Part shown: piece after piece, positions 16,890 to 26,521 of the stretch
How the letters are laid out: each line of letters starts with the position of its first letter
How positions within the stretch are numbered: position 1 is the stretch's first letter
Source: Candidatus Woesearchaeota archaeon
Lineage (GTDB): Archaea > Nanobdellota > Nanobdellia > Woesearchaeales > GW2011-AR15
DNA length: 26,957 bases
Assembly (NCBI GenBank): GCA_038874655.1
Contig: JAVZBY010000006.1
Span: 4,074-31,030 of the forward strand
Reading direction: 5' to 3'
Translations under genes and position numbers: made by a program
Notes under the pieces: generated by a model
What the model saw: only the letters and a program-made list of their open reading frames with translations
Database searches by the model: none
What the model was told of the DNA's origin: nothing

Positions 16890-17828
16890 TTAATCTTCAC
16901 TTATATTTTTATCTTCTTTTGTATCAAAATTAGATTCCTCAGACATTAATTTTTGAAATATCAATAAATCTTCTGTTGTTAATTTTTTCTTTGTTTTTAT
17001 TTTTTCATCAACTTGCTTGCTTTTTTCTTCCAAAGTTTTAATTTCTTTTTCCTTGAATTCTTCTTGTACTTTTATTTTATGTTTCTTTAATTCTTCGCTA
17101 ATTTTATTCATTTGTGTTAATTTTTCTTTTAGCTCATTATTAACTTTAATAAATTGCTCCTTTTCTGCTGAAAACTTTTCAAAAAACTCTTTTTCTTTTA
17201 ATTTTAGTTCATCAATCTCTTTTGATAATTGAAATATTTTTTCATGCCTTTCCTGACTATTTTTAGCATTATCTTGAACCTGTCTATGAATAGAATTTGC
17301 TTTTTTTCTTAAATCCTTAACTTTATTTCTCTGTTCTTTAATTTTTTCTGAGATTTCTATTAAATCCTTTGCTTCATTTAATTGTTTTTTTAATTCATTT
17401 ATTTGATGCATCACCTTTTTCTCTTTCTCAAAAGACATTCCTTCTGTTTCAATTTTAAATTCCAATTCTTCTATGGTTTTCTTTATTCTTAAAGGATTTA
17501 CTTTAATATCTTTTTTATCTTTCAATGAATTTTTTTCTTTAATAAGATTCTTTAATACTTCTGCTTCTTTTTTCAATTCATCATTAAGTTTTTTTCTCTC
17601 ATCTTTAAACTCTTTAACTTTATTAGTAAATTCATCTCTTTCCTTTTTTAAAGTTTTTATCTCATTAATATTAGAAACAATTTTTTTAGAATATTTTTCT
17701 TTTTCTTGATAAAAGGATTCCTTTTTATCATTTAATTCATTAAGTTTATTTCTTAAAGCAGCTATTTCTTTTCTTAACTCTGATAACTTTGATAAAAGTT
17801 CCTTTTGATCAAACTTTGTTTCTTCCAT
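16890..17828 (-). CDS. Archaeal long coiled-coil protein (COG1340-like)
   Basis: K/E-rich heptads; RDEFTNKV, LEFKIETEGMSFEKEK and KKLTTEDLL motifs. ATG 17828 preferred over GTG 17837. Confidence 0.78.
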   Translation of the reverse strand: MEETKFDQKELLSKLSELRKEIAALRNKLNELNDKKESFYQEKEKYSKKIVSNINEIKTLKKERDEFTNKVKEFKDERKKLNDELKKEAEVLKNLIKEKNSLKDKKDIKVNPLRIKKTIEELEFKIETEGMSFEKEKKVMHQINELKKQLNEAKDLIEISEKIKEQRNKVKDLRKKANSIHRQVQDNAKNSQERHEKIFQLSKEIDELKLKEKEFFEKFSAEKEQFIKVNNELKEKLTQMNKISEELKKHKIKVQEEFKEKEIKTLEEKSKQVDEKIKTKKKLTTEDLLIFQKLMSEESNFDTKEDKNISED

Positions 17829-17915
17829 TCTTTTCACAAAATATAATTTAAGTTATTATAAGTTAAAAAGTTCTAATTAATAAATTTAATTAAAAATAAA
17901 AAAAATTTAATTTAT

Positions 17916-18224
17916 TTAACCGAATAAAGCGCCTAATCCTGCTGCAGCTTCTTCTTCAGATTTTTTCTCTTCTTTCTTTTCTTCTACTTTTTTCTCTTCT
18001 TTCTTTTCACTTCCACTTGATTGAGATGGTGCTGCTGCAACTGGAACAACTGCTGCTTGTTTAATTGCTTCATCAATATTAACATTAGCTAAAGCAGCAA
18101 CTAAAGCTTTAACTCTTGTTTCATCAACAGTTAAGCCTGCAGCTTCTAATACTTTTTTCAAGTGTGCTTCATCAATTGTTTTTCCTGCTTTGTGCAAGAG
18201 CATTGCGGCATAAACATATTCCAT
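17916..18224 (-). CDS. rpl12: 50S ribosomal stalk protein P1 (L12)
   Basis: [12 protein letters not shown]-terminus, Ala-rich hinge, [14 protein letters not shown]-terminus. Confidence 0.97.
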   Translation of the reverse strand: MEYVYAAMLLHKAGKTIDEAHLKKVLEAAGLTVDETRVKALVAALANVNIDEAIKQAAVVPVAAAPSQSSGSEKKEEKKVEEKKEEKKSEEEAAAGLGALFG

Positions 18225-18263
18225 TTTTTTCTCCTCCTAATTTTTTATTTTTTTACAAACTTT

Positions 18264-19115
18264 TTACAAATTTAATTCTTTTGACAATGAAAGCATTTCT
18301 AAATATGCTTTTTTAATTATCTCTATTGCTGTTTCATTAGTTAAAATTCCTTGTGATAATGCTAATGCTTTTGCATCATTATGTGCTTTTCCTAACAACG
18401 TTTTTATTGTTTCTTTTGTTGGATATGCAATATATACTGCTAAATTGAATGCTTCATTGTATGCTGTCATTATCTTATTAGCATATTCTTTCTCATCTAT
18501 GTGTAATACTTCTGAAGTATATATAGTACCATTTTCATAAACTGCAATTAAATCTAAACCAATTTCCATTGGCTCTATGCCTAATCTAGCTAAAACACCT
18601 GCTAATTCTGCATTTATAGTATCTCCTTTTTTAGCAACAACTGAGTCCTGTTTAATTACTATTTTACCACCTTCAATACCTGTTTTTAAACCCAATTTTC
18701 CTAATTGTCCTATAATTGGCCCAGGTGAAAAAGGTGTTGGTCCTGCTTGAACAACAATATCTTTTGGTGCTTTTTGTCCTGCTTTTGCTGCTGCTTTTGT
18801 TTTTGTTTTTTGTAGCTCAGCATATAATTTAAAAGGATTTTCCTCTGAGAAAATCAAAGCAGGCATGCTATCTTTCATATATGTTTCAAATTTCACTAAT
18901 TCTTTTTTATTTGATTGTTCAAATGCATGCTTCATCAAGGTTTTTTTAGTCATTCTTAATACATTTTTTCCTCTTAATTTTGCTCTCATTCCTTGAACTT
19001 GCTTTGCAGGCAAATTACTCATATTCACAATACCTATTATTGGATATTTATTTATTAATTCAACTAGCTCTGAAACAATCTTTTTCTTTTTTTCTGAAAC
19101 ATGAGCTTTAGCCAT
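18264..19115 (-). CDS. rpl10: 50S ribosomal protein uL10 (P0)
   Basis: AHVSEKKK, NPFKLY, AGPTPFSPGP and LGIEPMEIGL motifs. Confidence 0.97.
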   Translation of the reverse strand: MAKAHVSEKKKKIVSELVELINKYPIIGIVNMSNLPAKQVQGMRAKLRGKNVLRMTKKTLMKHAFEQSNKKELVKFETYMKDSMPALIFSEENPFKLYAELQKTKTKAAAKAGQKAPKDIVVQAGPTPFSPGPIIGQLGKLGLKTGIEGGKIVIKQDSVVAKKGDTINAELAGVLARLGIEPMEIGLDLIAVYENGTIYTSEVLHIDEKEYANKIMTAYNEAFNLAVYIAYPTKETIKTLLGKAHNDAKALALSQGILTNETAIEIIKKAYLEMLSLSKELNL

Positions 19116-19160
19116 TTTATTCCACTTCCGGTTTTTTTAATTTTGTTATTTAATTATTTA

Positions 19161-19802
19161 TTATTTAACTTTTATTGGATTTCCCATTGTATATTTTATA
19201 TAAACGGACTTAACATTATGTTCTCCTTGTGGTAATGCATGCACAACATTATTATAAACATATTTTATATTCTCCAAAACCTCTTCAACAGGAGAATCTT
19301 CGTTTCCAACAATGGTTTGCATTAATGGTGCTTTTTTACAAGATAATTTAACAGTTCCTTGTAATTTATCATATACTGCTTTTAAATTAGCATTTGGAGG
19401 CACAACACAACCTGCTTTTGGGTTTGGCATTTTTCCTTTTGGACCTAAAACTCTACCAAATACTGCTGCAATCTTAGGCATAATTGTTGCTTGTCCAACA
19501 AAGAAATCATATTCTCTTGCTAATTTTTTTATTGCTTTTTTATCTAACTTATCAAAATCAGGCAGTAATATATAATGATCCATTGCTTTTGCTTGTTCTG
19601 CCATTTCTGGACCAACTAAAGCACAAACCTTTGCTTTTTTGCCCTTAAATTTAGGCATTTGTAAAAACAATTCAATTTGATGCTCTGGTTTTTTCAAATC
19701 CAATCCTTTTAAATTTATAATTAAATCTATTGTTTGTTTAAAATTTCTTTTTGGACTTTCCTTTAACTTGGATATAGCTTCTTTTATAATTTTATCTTCC
19801 AT
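19161..19802 (-). CDS. rpl1: 50S ribosomal protein uL1
   Basis: KRNFKQTIDL, GRVLGPKGKMPNPKAG and YIKYTMG motifs. Confidence 0.97.
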   Translation of the reverse strand: MEDKIIKEAISKLKESPKRNFKQTIDLIINLKGLDLKKPEHQIELFLQMPKFKGKKAKVCALVGPEMAEQAKAMDHYILLPDFDKLDKKAIKKLAREYDFFVGQATIMPKIAAVFGRVLGPKGKMPNPKAGCVVPPNANLKAVYDKLQGTVKLSCKKAPLMQTIVGNEDSPVEEVLENIKYVYNNVVHALPQGEHNVKSVYIKYTMGNPIKVK

Positions 19803-19820
19803 TTATTTCAACCTCTTCTA

Positions 19821-19845
19821 CCCTCCTACCGAAGTAGTCTAAGGG
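19821..19845 (-). promoter_or_regulatory. Putative uL1-binding autoregulatory leader hairpin
   Basis: mRNA reads CCC-UUAGA-CUAC-UUCG-GUAG-GA-GGG: C(UUCG)G tetraloop and asymmetric internal loop with GA, 5 nt upstream of SD GAGGU. GC-rich in an AT-rich spacer. Confidence 0.72.
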
Positions 19846-19915
19846 AACACTAACTTTATTTTATTCAAAATAATTACAAAAATCTAATAAACTAAAAAAA
19901 TGAAAAAAAAAAGTA

Positions 19916-19923
19916 TTTATAAA
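19916..19923 (-). promoter_or_regulatory. Candidate TATA box for rpl1-rpl10-rpl12
   Basis: TTTATAAA; would give a 5' UTR of about 90 nt containing the hairpin. Confidence 0.4.
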
Positions 19924-20121
19924 TCTATCTATATAAGAATATTATAAAAAATTTCTTATTTAGGATTTAGCAAATAAAAAACAAAATGATTTTTTAAAAA
20001 AATATCTTTTGATTAACTTTATATACATAAAAAAAAATAAATTTTATAATGCTACAAAATAAAGCAAATTTGATAAATATTATTAAAAAAATCTATAAAA
20101 TATAATTAATGAGGTGCAATC

Positions 20122-21057
20122 ATGAAAGAAGTTGAAGACAAAATTGAAAGTGTTTTTAAAGAATTGAATAAAGTAATAGTTGGACAAGAAGAAGTAATAA
20201 GACAAATTGTTATTTCTATATTATGTGATGCTAATGCATTACTAGAAAGTTATCCTGGATTAGGAAAAACAACTATGATTAAAACAATGGCAGAAGTAAT
20301 GAACTTATCTTTCTCAAGAATACAAAGCACACCTGATTTAATGCCAACTGACATAACAGGAACATATGTTTTAGAAGAAAAAGATGGCAAAAGGCAATTT
20401 GTTTTTCATAGAGGCCCAATATTTGCCAATATTGTTTTAGTTGATGAAATTAACAGAGCAACACCAAAAACACAATCTGCATTACTAGAAGCAATGCAAG
20501 AAAAACAAGTAACTATTGGAAGAAATACATTTGAATTAGAAAAACCATTTTTTGTTTTAGCAACACAAAATCCTATTGAACAAGAAGGCACTTATCCTTT
20601 GCCAGAAGCACAAACAGACAGATTTTTATTCAAAATAAAAGTTGATTATCCTAGCATTGAAGAAGAAGAAAAAATAATTGACAGATTTACAGGAAAAGAA
20701 TCCCTGCAACAAGTAAGAAAAATTTTTGATTCAAAAGATATTGAAAAATTTCAGCAATATGTAAAAGAAGTGCCAATTGCATCTGATCTTAAAAAAAGAG
20801 TTTTAAAAATTGTTAATTTAACTAGAACAGAAAAAAGCATTATTGAATATGGTGCATCTCCAAGAGCTTCATTAGGCTTAGTTTTAGCTGCAAAAGCTTC
20901 AGCTTTAATTTCTGGAAGAAATTATGTAAGTAAAGAAGACATTGATAAAATGGCATATCCTGTTTTAAGGCATAGAATAATATTAAACTTTGAGGCAGAA
21001 AGAAAAGGAATGACATCAGATGATGCTATAAAAGTTATATTAGATAAAGCAAGATAA
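20122..21057 (+). CDS. moxR: MoxR-family AAA+ ATPase
   Basis: Walker A PGLGKT, TPDLMPTDITG, Walker B VLVDEINR, ATQNPIEQEGTYPLPEAQTDRF and GASPR; SD GAGGTG. Confidence 0.97.
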   Translation: MKEVEDKIESVFKELNKVIVGQEEVIRQIVISILCDANALLESYPGLGKTTMIKTMAEVMNLSFSRIQSTPDLMPTDITGTYVLEEKDGKRQFVFHRGPIFANIVLVDEINRATPKTQSALLEAMQEKQVTIGRNTFELEKPFFVLATQNPIEQEGTYPLPEAQTDRFLFKIKVDYPSIEEEEKIIDRFTGKESLQQVRKIFDSKDIEKFQQYVKEVPIASDLKKRVLKIVNLTRTEKSIIEYGASPRASLGLVLAAKASALISGRNYVSKEDIDKMAYPVLRHRIILNFEAERKGMTSDDAIKVILDKAR

Positions 21058-21093
21058 ATAGCCAACAAAAATAAAAACAAAAAATAAAAAAAC

Positions 21094-21945
21094 ATGATAG
21101 ATACACAATTTTTATCACAATTAAAGAGGTTTCATATAATAATAGATAAAAGAGTGACTTCAAGTTTTTCTGGTTCAAGAAAATCATCTTTTACAGGACA
21201 TGGATTAATTATAAATGATTTTAGACCCTATGTTCCTGGTGATGATTACAGAGCAATTGATTGGAAAATTTATGCAAGAACAGATCAATTTTTTGTTAAG
21301 AGATATGAAGAAGAAAAAAACCTTAATGTGCATTTATTAATTGATGTTAGTAAAAGCATGGATTATGGCACTGGAAATACAAAATTTGAATATGCTGCAA
21401 TGTTAGCTTTAGGATTTGCTTATTTATCAGCTAGAAATAATGAAAGATTCAATCTAGTTTTATTATCTGATAAATCAGAATATCTAAGAGCAAAAAAAGG
21501 CTCTAACTTAGTTTTAAGTTTTTTAGATCATTTAAACAAAGTAAAATGTAAAGGTATTATTAATTTTGAAAGTGAAGTAAAAAAATACAAAAAAACAATA
21601 AAAACAAAAAGCTTAGTAATTTTTATTTCTGATTTCTTATTTGATGTTGTGCATTTAAAAAACACATTACACTTATTTAAAGAACATGAATTAAAAGTTA
21701 TTCAAATTTTAGATAAAACAGAAACAAACTTTAATGTTTATGGCTCTCTAGAATTAGAAGATGCTGAGACAGGTGAAAAATTAGAAACTTACATTAGCGA
21801 AAGAAAAAGACAAGAATACAGAGAAAGAATGTATAAACACATACTAAATATTGAACAAGAAACATTGAAATCAAAGGGCAAATTCTTTTTATTTTCAACA
21901 GAGCATCCTTTGTTTGATGCGTTTTACAGTGTATTGAATAAATAA
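21094..21945 (+). CDS. DUF58 (vWA-like) protein
   Basis: RPYVPGDDYRAIDWKIYART, LIDVSKSM, FISDF and LEDAETGE motifs; follows moxR. Confidence 0.95.
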   Translation: MIDTQFLSQLKRFHIIIDKRVTSSFSGSRKSSFTGHGLIINDFRPYVPGDDYRAIDWKIYARTDQFFVKRYEEEKNLNVHLLIDVSKSMDYGTGNTKFEYAAMLALGFAYLSARNNERFNLVLLSDKSEYLRAKKGSNLVLSFLDHLNKVKCKGIINFESEVKKYKKTIKTKSLVIFISDFLFDVVHLKNTLHLFKEHELKVIQILDKTETNFNVYGSLELEDAETGEKLETYISERKRQEYRERMYKHILNIEQETLKSKGKFFLFSTEHPLFDAFYSVLNK

Positions 21946-21963
21946 ACTTTTTAAGTATGTAAT

Positions 21964-22623
21964 TTAAAAATTCAAGAAATATAAAATCTCCTCATTTAAC
22001 TTTTCTAAATCTAATAAAACTTTTTCTCTTCTAGGACTGCCATCTGCATTTCTAAAATCTCTTTGAAACGATCCTGATTTAAGAAGTGTAGTTTTATCAA
22101 TTTTTATAAAAGATATCTGCTTTAAATTAAATTCAACTTTTCTTAATCTAGACCAAGCACCTCTTTGTATTCTTTCTAATTCATATTTAGATTTTCCACC
22201 TTTTAATTCTTCATGCCATTTTTGAAAGGTTCTTTTTTCGTCATTATATTTAACTTCACCCATTGCTAAAATTAAACCTACTGTATGATAGTCTATAATA
22301 GCTTTTTCTATTGCTTCTTTATCATTTACAATTATTTGATGACTACTTGTATTTATAGCATGCGCTTTAAAATCCCAAGGTATTTTATAAAAACCATCAA
22401 ACTCAACATTACTATATTTTGGTCCTGGAATCTGAAAAATATTTCTTAAAATTTTTTGACATATAAACTGAAAATAAAAACCTATCCACTTCATTTGTTT
22501 CCATTGGTTAAAATTTGAATTTTTCATCTCTAAAATTGCATTTTTTCCATCCCATTTTGTAGATATATTTAAAAAATTTTTTGATACCTCTTCTGCATAT
22601 TTAAGAAATTCTTCATTTCTCAT
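21964..22623 (-). CDS. Putative Type II restriction endonuclease (PD-(D/E)xK)
   Basis: EFD...WDFK catalytic-like motif; 11-nt overlap with the methyltransferase stop. Confidence 0.62.
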   Translation of the reverse strand: MRNEEFLKYAEEVSKNFLNISTKWDGKNAILEMKNSNFNQWKQMKWIGFYFQFICQKILRNIFQIPGPKYSNVEFDGFYKIPWDFKAHAINTSSHQIIVNDKEAIEKAIIDYHTVGLILAMGEVKYNDEKRTFQKWHEELKGGKSKYELERIQRGAWSRLRKVEFNLKQISFIKIDKTTLLKSGSFQRDFRNADGSPRREKVLLDLEKLNEEILYFLNF

Positions 22624-23421
22624 TTTTCCACCAACTCATTAATTTTTCGTCTTGGAATAAACCCTTTTTATTGAGATAATAATCTAATAAATGATAAAAA
22701 ACCAATTTACCATTACTATTTAGATCACCTAAAATAAAATCTCTATCCAATATATATGAAACAACACCAATCATACCACTTCCTGCCATAGGATCAAAAA
22801 TTAAATCCCCTTTTTTTGAAAAATGTTCTAATAAAGATTGTAAAAGTTTAAAAGGCAACCTAGTAGGATATTTTGGCATATTAACTTTATAATCTCTCTT
22901 AAAAATAAATGTTGTTAAATTAGGCTCGCCATCTTTACAATGATGTGTTGAACATCTTTTATTATAATACCATTTATCACTTTTAGTTAGCCAATAAATT
23001 TCATAAACATTATGAGAAGGTTTTTTCTTGCAAGAAGGAGCAAAATTATAAACCCAATAAAACTTTCCTCTAAGAGTAAGACCTTTGAATTTTAAAATTT
23101 CATTATGAATTACATTGCTATTATTCCAACCTGAAAAAATCAAAGCTTGACCTGATTCTTTTAAATTAAGATTTATTGTTTTTAACAATATATTGATATT
23201 TTTTTCATATTCTTCAACCTTCCATTCAACATAGCCATCAACAACATTTTCTTGATTTCTATGATAATTACCATTTTTTCCACTAAACTCTATCCCAAAG
23301 GGCGGATCTGTCATAATTAAATCCGCATTAACATCATTCCAAGAATTCATATCTTTTATTTCATATTTTTTAATAGCTCCTCTATTTTTTTATTTTCTTT
23401 TATTTTATTATTTAAAATCAT
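22613..23421 (-). CDS. Beta-class N6A/N4C DNA methyltransferase; main ORF 22613-23350, probable true start 23421 via a -1 shift near 23365-23371
   Basis: Motif IV DLIMTDPPF precedes motif I FDPMAGSG (beta order); YPTRLP. The upstream extension is inferred (see findings). Confidence 0.85.
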
Positions 23422-23443
23422 AAAAAATAATTAAATTAATAAC

Positions 23444-23451
23444 TTTTTAAA
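23444..23451 (-). promoter_or_regulatory. TATA box of the RM operon
   Basis: AAAAAGA followed by TTTAAAAA, 22 nt before ATG 23421; same spacing as secF and hypC. Confidence 0.5.
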
Positions 23452-23489
23452 TCTTTTTGAAAAAAATAAAAAAGAAAAATATAGATTAT

Positions 23490-25826
23490 CTAATTAAGGT
23501 TAGCCAAAAAGCCCTGCCCTAAACAAATATTGCCATCTCCACAAGGTAATCTTTCATTTATCAAAACATTATTCTCTAGCATTATTGAGGTAATTATGGA
23601 ATTATTAGCAACCCCTCCAGAGAATAAAATTGGAATTTTTTTATTTTTTTTATTATTAAAATTTTTTTGAATAAATTTATCTATTATTTTTAGCATTCCT
23701 CTTGCTAAATAAATATGAGTAGTTAATGATAATTTTTTTTTGTTTTTTATAGAATTATCCTTTTTTAAATTTTCATAGATAAATTTAATTAAAGGTGTTG
23801 TCATTAGAACATATTTATTATTTAATTCATAAATAATTGGTTCAAATTCATAAAATTCATTTTTCAAAAAGTTTTCATAAGCAAAACTTTCTAATAACAA
23901 TGCTGGTCTGCCATCATAATCCCTATAATCACATAAATCTAATAATGCAGAAACAGAATCTAAAATTCTGCCTGTGCTAGTTGTTTTTATTAAATTAAAA
24001 TTTTGTTTTATTGCATTATATAATAATAAATATTCTTTTTCTTCTTTTTTTTTAAAAATTTCTGTTTTCATAATCTCAGAAAAATCCAAAAACTTAGTTA
24101 AAATAGAAAATAGCATTTTTTTAGGATAAATTGTGAAATTATCACCTAATTGAAATTGCTCCTCTAAATGACCTATTCTTAAAAAATCTTTTCCATTAAA
24201 ATAAAAAACTTCACCTCCGAAAATAGAGCCATCCTCGCCATAACCTAATCCATCCATAGAAATTCCAATAAATTCATTAAAGCCATCAGAAAAATCAAAA
24301 TAATGCTCTGCTGCAACACTAGCTATATGTGCTTTATGATGCTGAATTTTTATTAATTTAGCATTATATTTTTTTGCTAATTCTTCTGCATAAATAGATG
24401 AATTATATCCTGGATGTAAATCACATGCAATAATCTCTGGTTTTAATCTTGTTAATTTGATCATTTTGTTTATTGTTTCTTTAAAATATTCAAATGTTTG
24501 TTGTTTTTGTGTTTGCCCAATATATTGAGAAAAATATGCTTTATTACCTTTCATACAACATATTACATTATTCATCTCTGCACCTAATGCAATTGTATCT
24601 TTAAATGAAAAAGGCAATTCTATTATTTCTGTGTTATAACCACGAGATTTTCTTAAAAAAATTTTTTTAAAATCTTTTGTATTTTTTTCATTATTAAAAA
24701 AAGAAACTACTTTAATAACAGAATCATCACATCTATTAATTATTTCTCTTTCATGCTCTAAATAATATTTTACTAATGTATTTTCTTTTGCATCAAAGTT
24801 TATATCCAACAACATTGGTTCTCCTGGTTTATTAAAAGAAGTCATAACTAATGGCTCATCAATATAATCAAATAATAAATAATGCAAGCCAGTGTATGGC
24901 AACATTATTCCTAAAGAATCTAACTCAGATACTTCTAAAAAATCATTTTGATTTTTTTTTCTTAAAACAACAATTGGTTTTTCTTTGCTCTCTAAAATTT
25001 TTTTTTCATAATCATTAACAAAACAAATTTTTTCAACTTCCTTTGAATTTTTAACCATTATTGCAAATGGCTTATGCTCTCTAAAAAGTAATTTTCTTAT
25101 TTTAGCAACATTTTTTATTGTAGAGCATAAATGAAAACCGCCTATTCCTTTTATAGCAACCACATTATCATTTTTCAATAATTCTGCTGTTTTTTTTATT
25201 GCATCAATATCCTCTGCTATTACACTAACATTTTTCTCATTACTATTTGTTTCAAATTTCTTTAAAAATAATTTTGGCCCGCAATCCCTGCATGCTATTG
25301 TCTGTGCATGATATCTTCTGTCAAAGGGGTTTTTGTACTCTTTTTCACATTCACTACACATAATAAAATTTTTCATTGAAGTTAAAGCTCTATCATAGGG
25401 ATAATCCTCTATAATAGTATATCTTGGCCCACAATTTGTACAGGTTATAAAATAGTAATTATATCTTCTGTTGTTTTTATCTCTTAATTCATTTAAGCAA
25501 TCTTTACAAATAGAAACATCACTTGGTAAAATAGTTTCACCTTCTGAAAAAGAACTTTCCTTAATAAAAAAATCTTTATAGATTTCTTTTAATTTAATAC
25601 TCTCTTCATAATCAACTTCATCAACAAAATAAGAATTTATTTTTGCTAATGGCGGCAAATCATTTAATTTTTCAATAAAATTCTTATCATCTATTAAAAC
25701 TTCAACACCACTGCCAATATTTTTAACATATCCTTTTAAGTTATATTGTTTTGCTTTTTTGTAAATATAAGGTCTAAATCCAACACCTTGCACAATTCCT
25801 TTTATTACATACTTGTAAAAATGCAT
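23490..25826 (-). CDS. hypF: [NiFe]-hydrogenase maturation carbamoyltransferase HypF
   Basis: VQGVGFRP, two CxxC-x18-CxxC Zn fingers, KGIGGFHL, CDLHP, QHHKAH, DGLGYG, SGGV and GDG..LGQ. ATG 25826 or TTG 25835. Confidence 0.97.
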   Translation of the reverse strand: MHFYKYVIKGIVQGVGFRPYIYKKAKQYNLKGYVKNIGSGVEVLIDDKNFIEKLNDLPPLAKINSYFVDEVDYEESIKLKEIYKDFFIKESSFSEGETILPSDVSICKDCLNELRDKNNRRYNYYFITCTNCGPRYTIIEDYPYDRALTSMKNFIMCSECEKEYKNPFDRRYHAQTIACRDCGPKLFLKKFETNSNEKNVSVIAEDIDAIKKTAELLKNDNVVAIKGIGGFHLCSTIKNVAKIRKLLFREHKPFAIMVKNSKEVEKICFVNDYEKKILESKEKPIVVLRKKNQNDFLEVSELDSLGIMLPYTGLHYLLFDYIDEPLVMTSFNKPGEPMLLDINFDAKENTLVKYYLEHEREIINRCDDSVIKVVSFFNNEKNTKDFKKIFLRKSRGYNTEIIELPFSFKDTIALGAEMNNVICCMKGNKAYFSQYIGQTQKQQTFEYFKETINKMIKLTRLKPEIIACDLHPGYNSSIYAEELAKKYNAKLIKIQHHKAHIASVAAEHYFDFSDGFNEFIGISMDGLGYGEDGSIFGGEVFYFNGKDFLRIGHLEEQFQLGDNFTIYPKKMLFSILTKFLDFSEIMKTEIFKKKEEKEYLLLYNAIKQNFNLIKTTSTGRILDSVSALLDLCDYRDYDGRPALLLESFAYENFLKNEFYEFEPIIYELNNKYVLMTTPLIKFIYENLKKDNSIKNKKKLSLTTHIYLARGMLKIIDKFIQKNFNNKKNKKIPILFSGGVANNSIITSIMLENNVLINERLPCGDGNICLGQGFLANLN

Positions 25827-25863
25827 AAAAAACAAATAACTTACAAAATTTTAAAATTTTGGT

Positions 25864-26208
25864 TTATATCTCAGCTAGATTTTGATTTAAGGGGATTATC
25901 AAATTATTAAGTTTTTTTTCATTTTCAACAAAGAAAGTAATCTTAATATAAATTAATGAGTTTTTTCTTAAAATTCTAACAAAACAATCATTAATATTAG
26001 TTATTGTATTTTCTTGATTAGAAAAAAAACTAGAAGCATTTAAAATTTCTATTGCTGATATCTCTTTATTTTTACTAAAATCTACTATAAAATTATTTAT
26101 TTCAAAACTTTCATTAGATTTTAATTTAGGATTGTAAATAAATAAAATATCATTTTCTATGTCATAATCAAATTTAAATCTTTTTTCAATATTTTTGTTA
26201 GGTTTCAT
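25864..26208 (-). CDS. DUF2283-family protein (putative antitoxin)
   Basis: YDIENDILFI...IVDF...AIEILNAS signature; overlaps the upstream gene. Confidence 0.85.
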   Translation of the reverse strand: MKPNKNIEKRFKFDYDIENDILFIYNPKLKSNESFEINNFIVDFSKNKEISAIEILNASSFFSNQENTITNINDCFVRILRKNSLIYIKITFFVENEKKLNNLIIPLNQNLAEI

Positions 26209-26521
26209 TTTCAAAAAATTTTTTCAATCTCCTTCTTATTATCATAGCAGTAATAATAATTATATTTGAATTTAATGCAATAATATATCTGTGATAAAAA
26301 TTTTTTTTGTATTTAAAATAACAATCAAATTTTTCTTCACTTTTTCTCAAAGATTCTTGTCTTATAGCTATTTTAAGTCTTGTTGGATTTAAAATATTTT
26401 CTATAATATCTTTTTTATTAATATCTCTTTGAATTAATCTTATTTCAGTGTGTTTGCTTATAATTATTGGATTTAGTGAATAATTTTTAAACTTATTTAT
26501 TAAATAATCTCTATAATCCAC
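26198..26521 (-). CDS. DUF4258-like protein (putative RelE/BrnT-fold toxin)
   Basis: ISKHTEIRLIQRDI..I..P and IIITA motifs; paired with DUF2283; GTG start about 20 nt below TTTAAATA. Confidence 0.75.
   Translation of the reverse strand: MDYRDYLINKFKNYSLNPIIISKHTEIRLIQRDINKKDIIENILNPTRLKIAIRQESLRKSEEKFDCYFKYKKNFYHRYIIALNSNIIIITAMIIRRRLKKFFENET

Noticed and set aside
876-20591. Many short overlapping or antisense ORFs in the track (e.g. 876-1226, 6244-6543, 14513-14824, 17473-17709, 19312-19575)
   Set aside because: Shadow frames of well-supported genes; F/L/S/I-rich as expected from A-rich sense strands, with no motifs.
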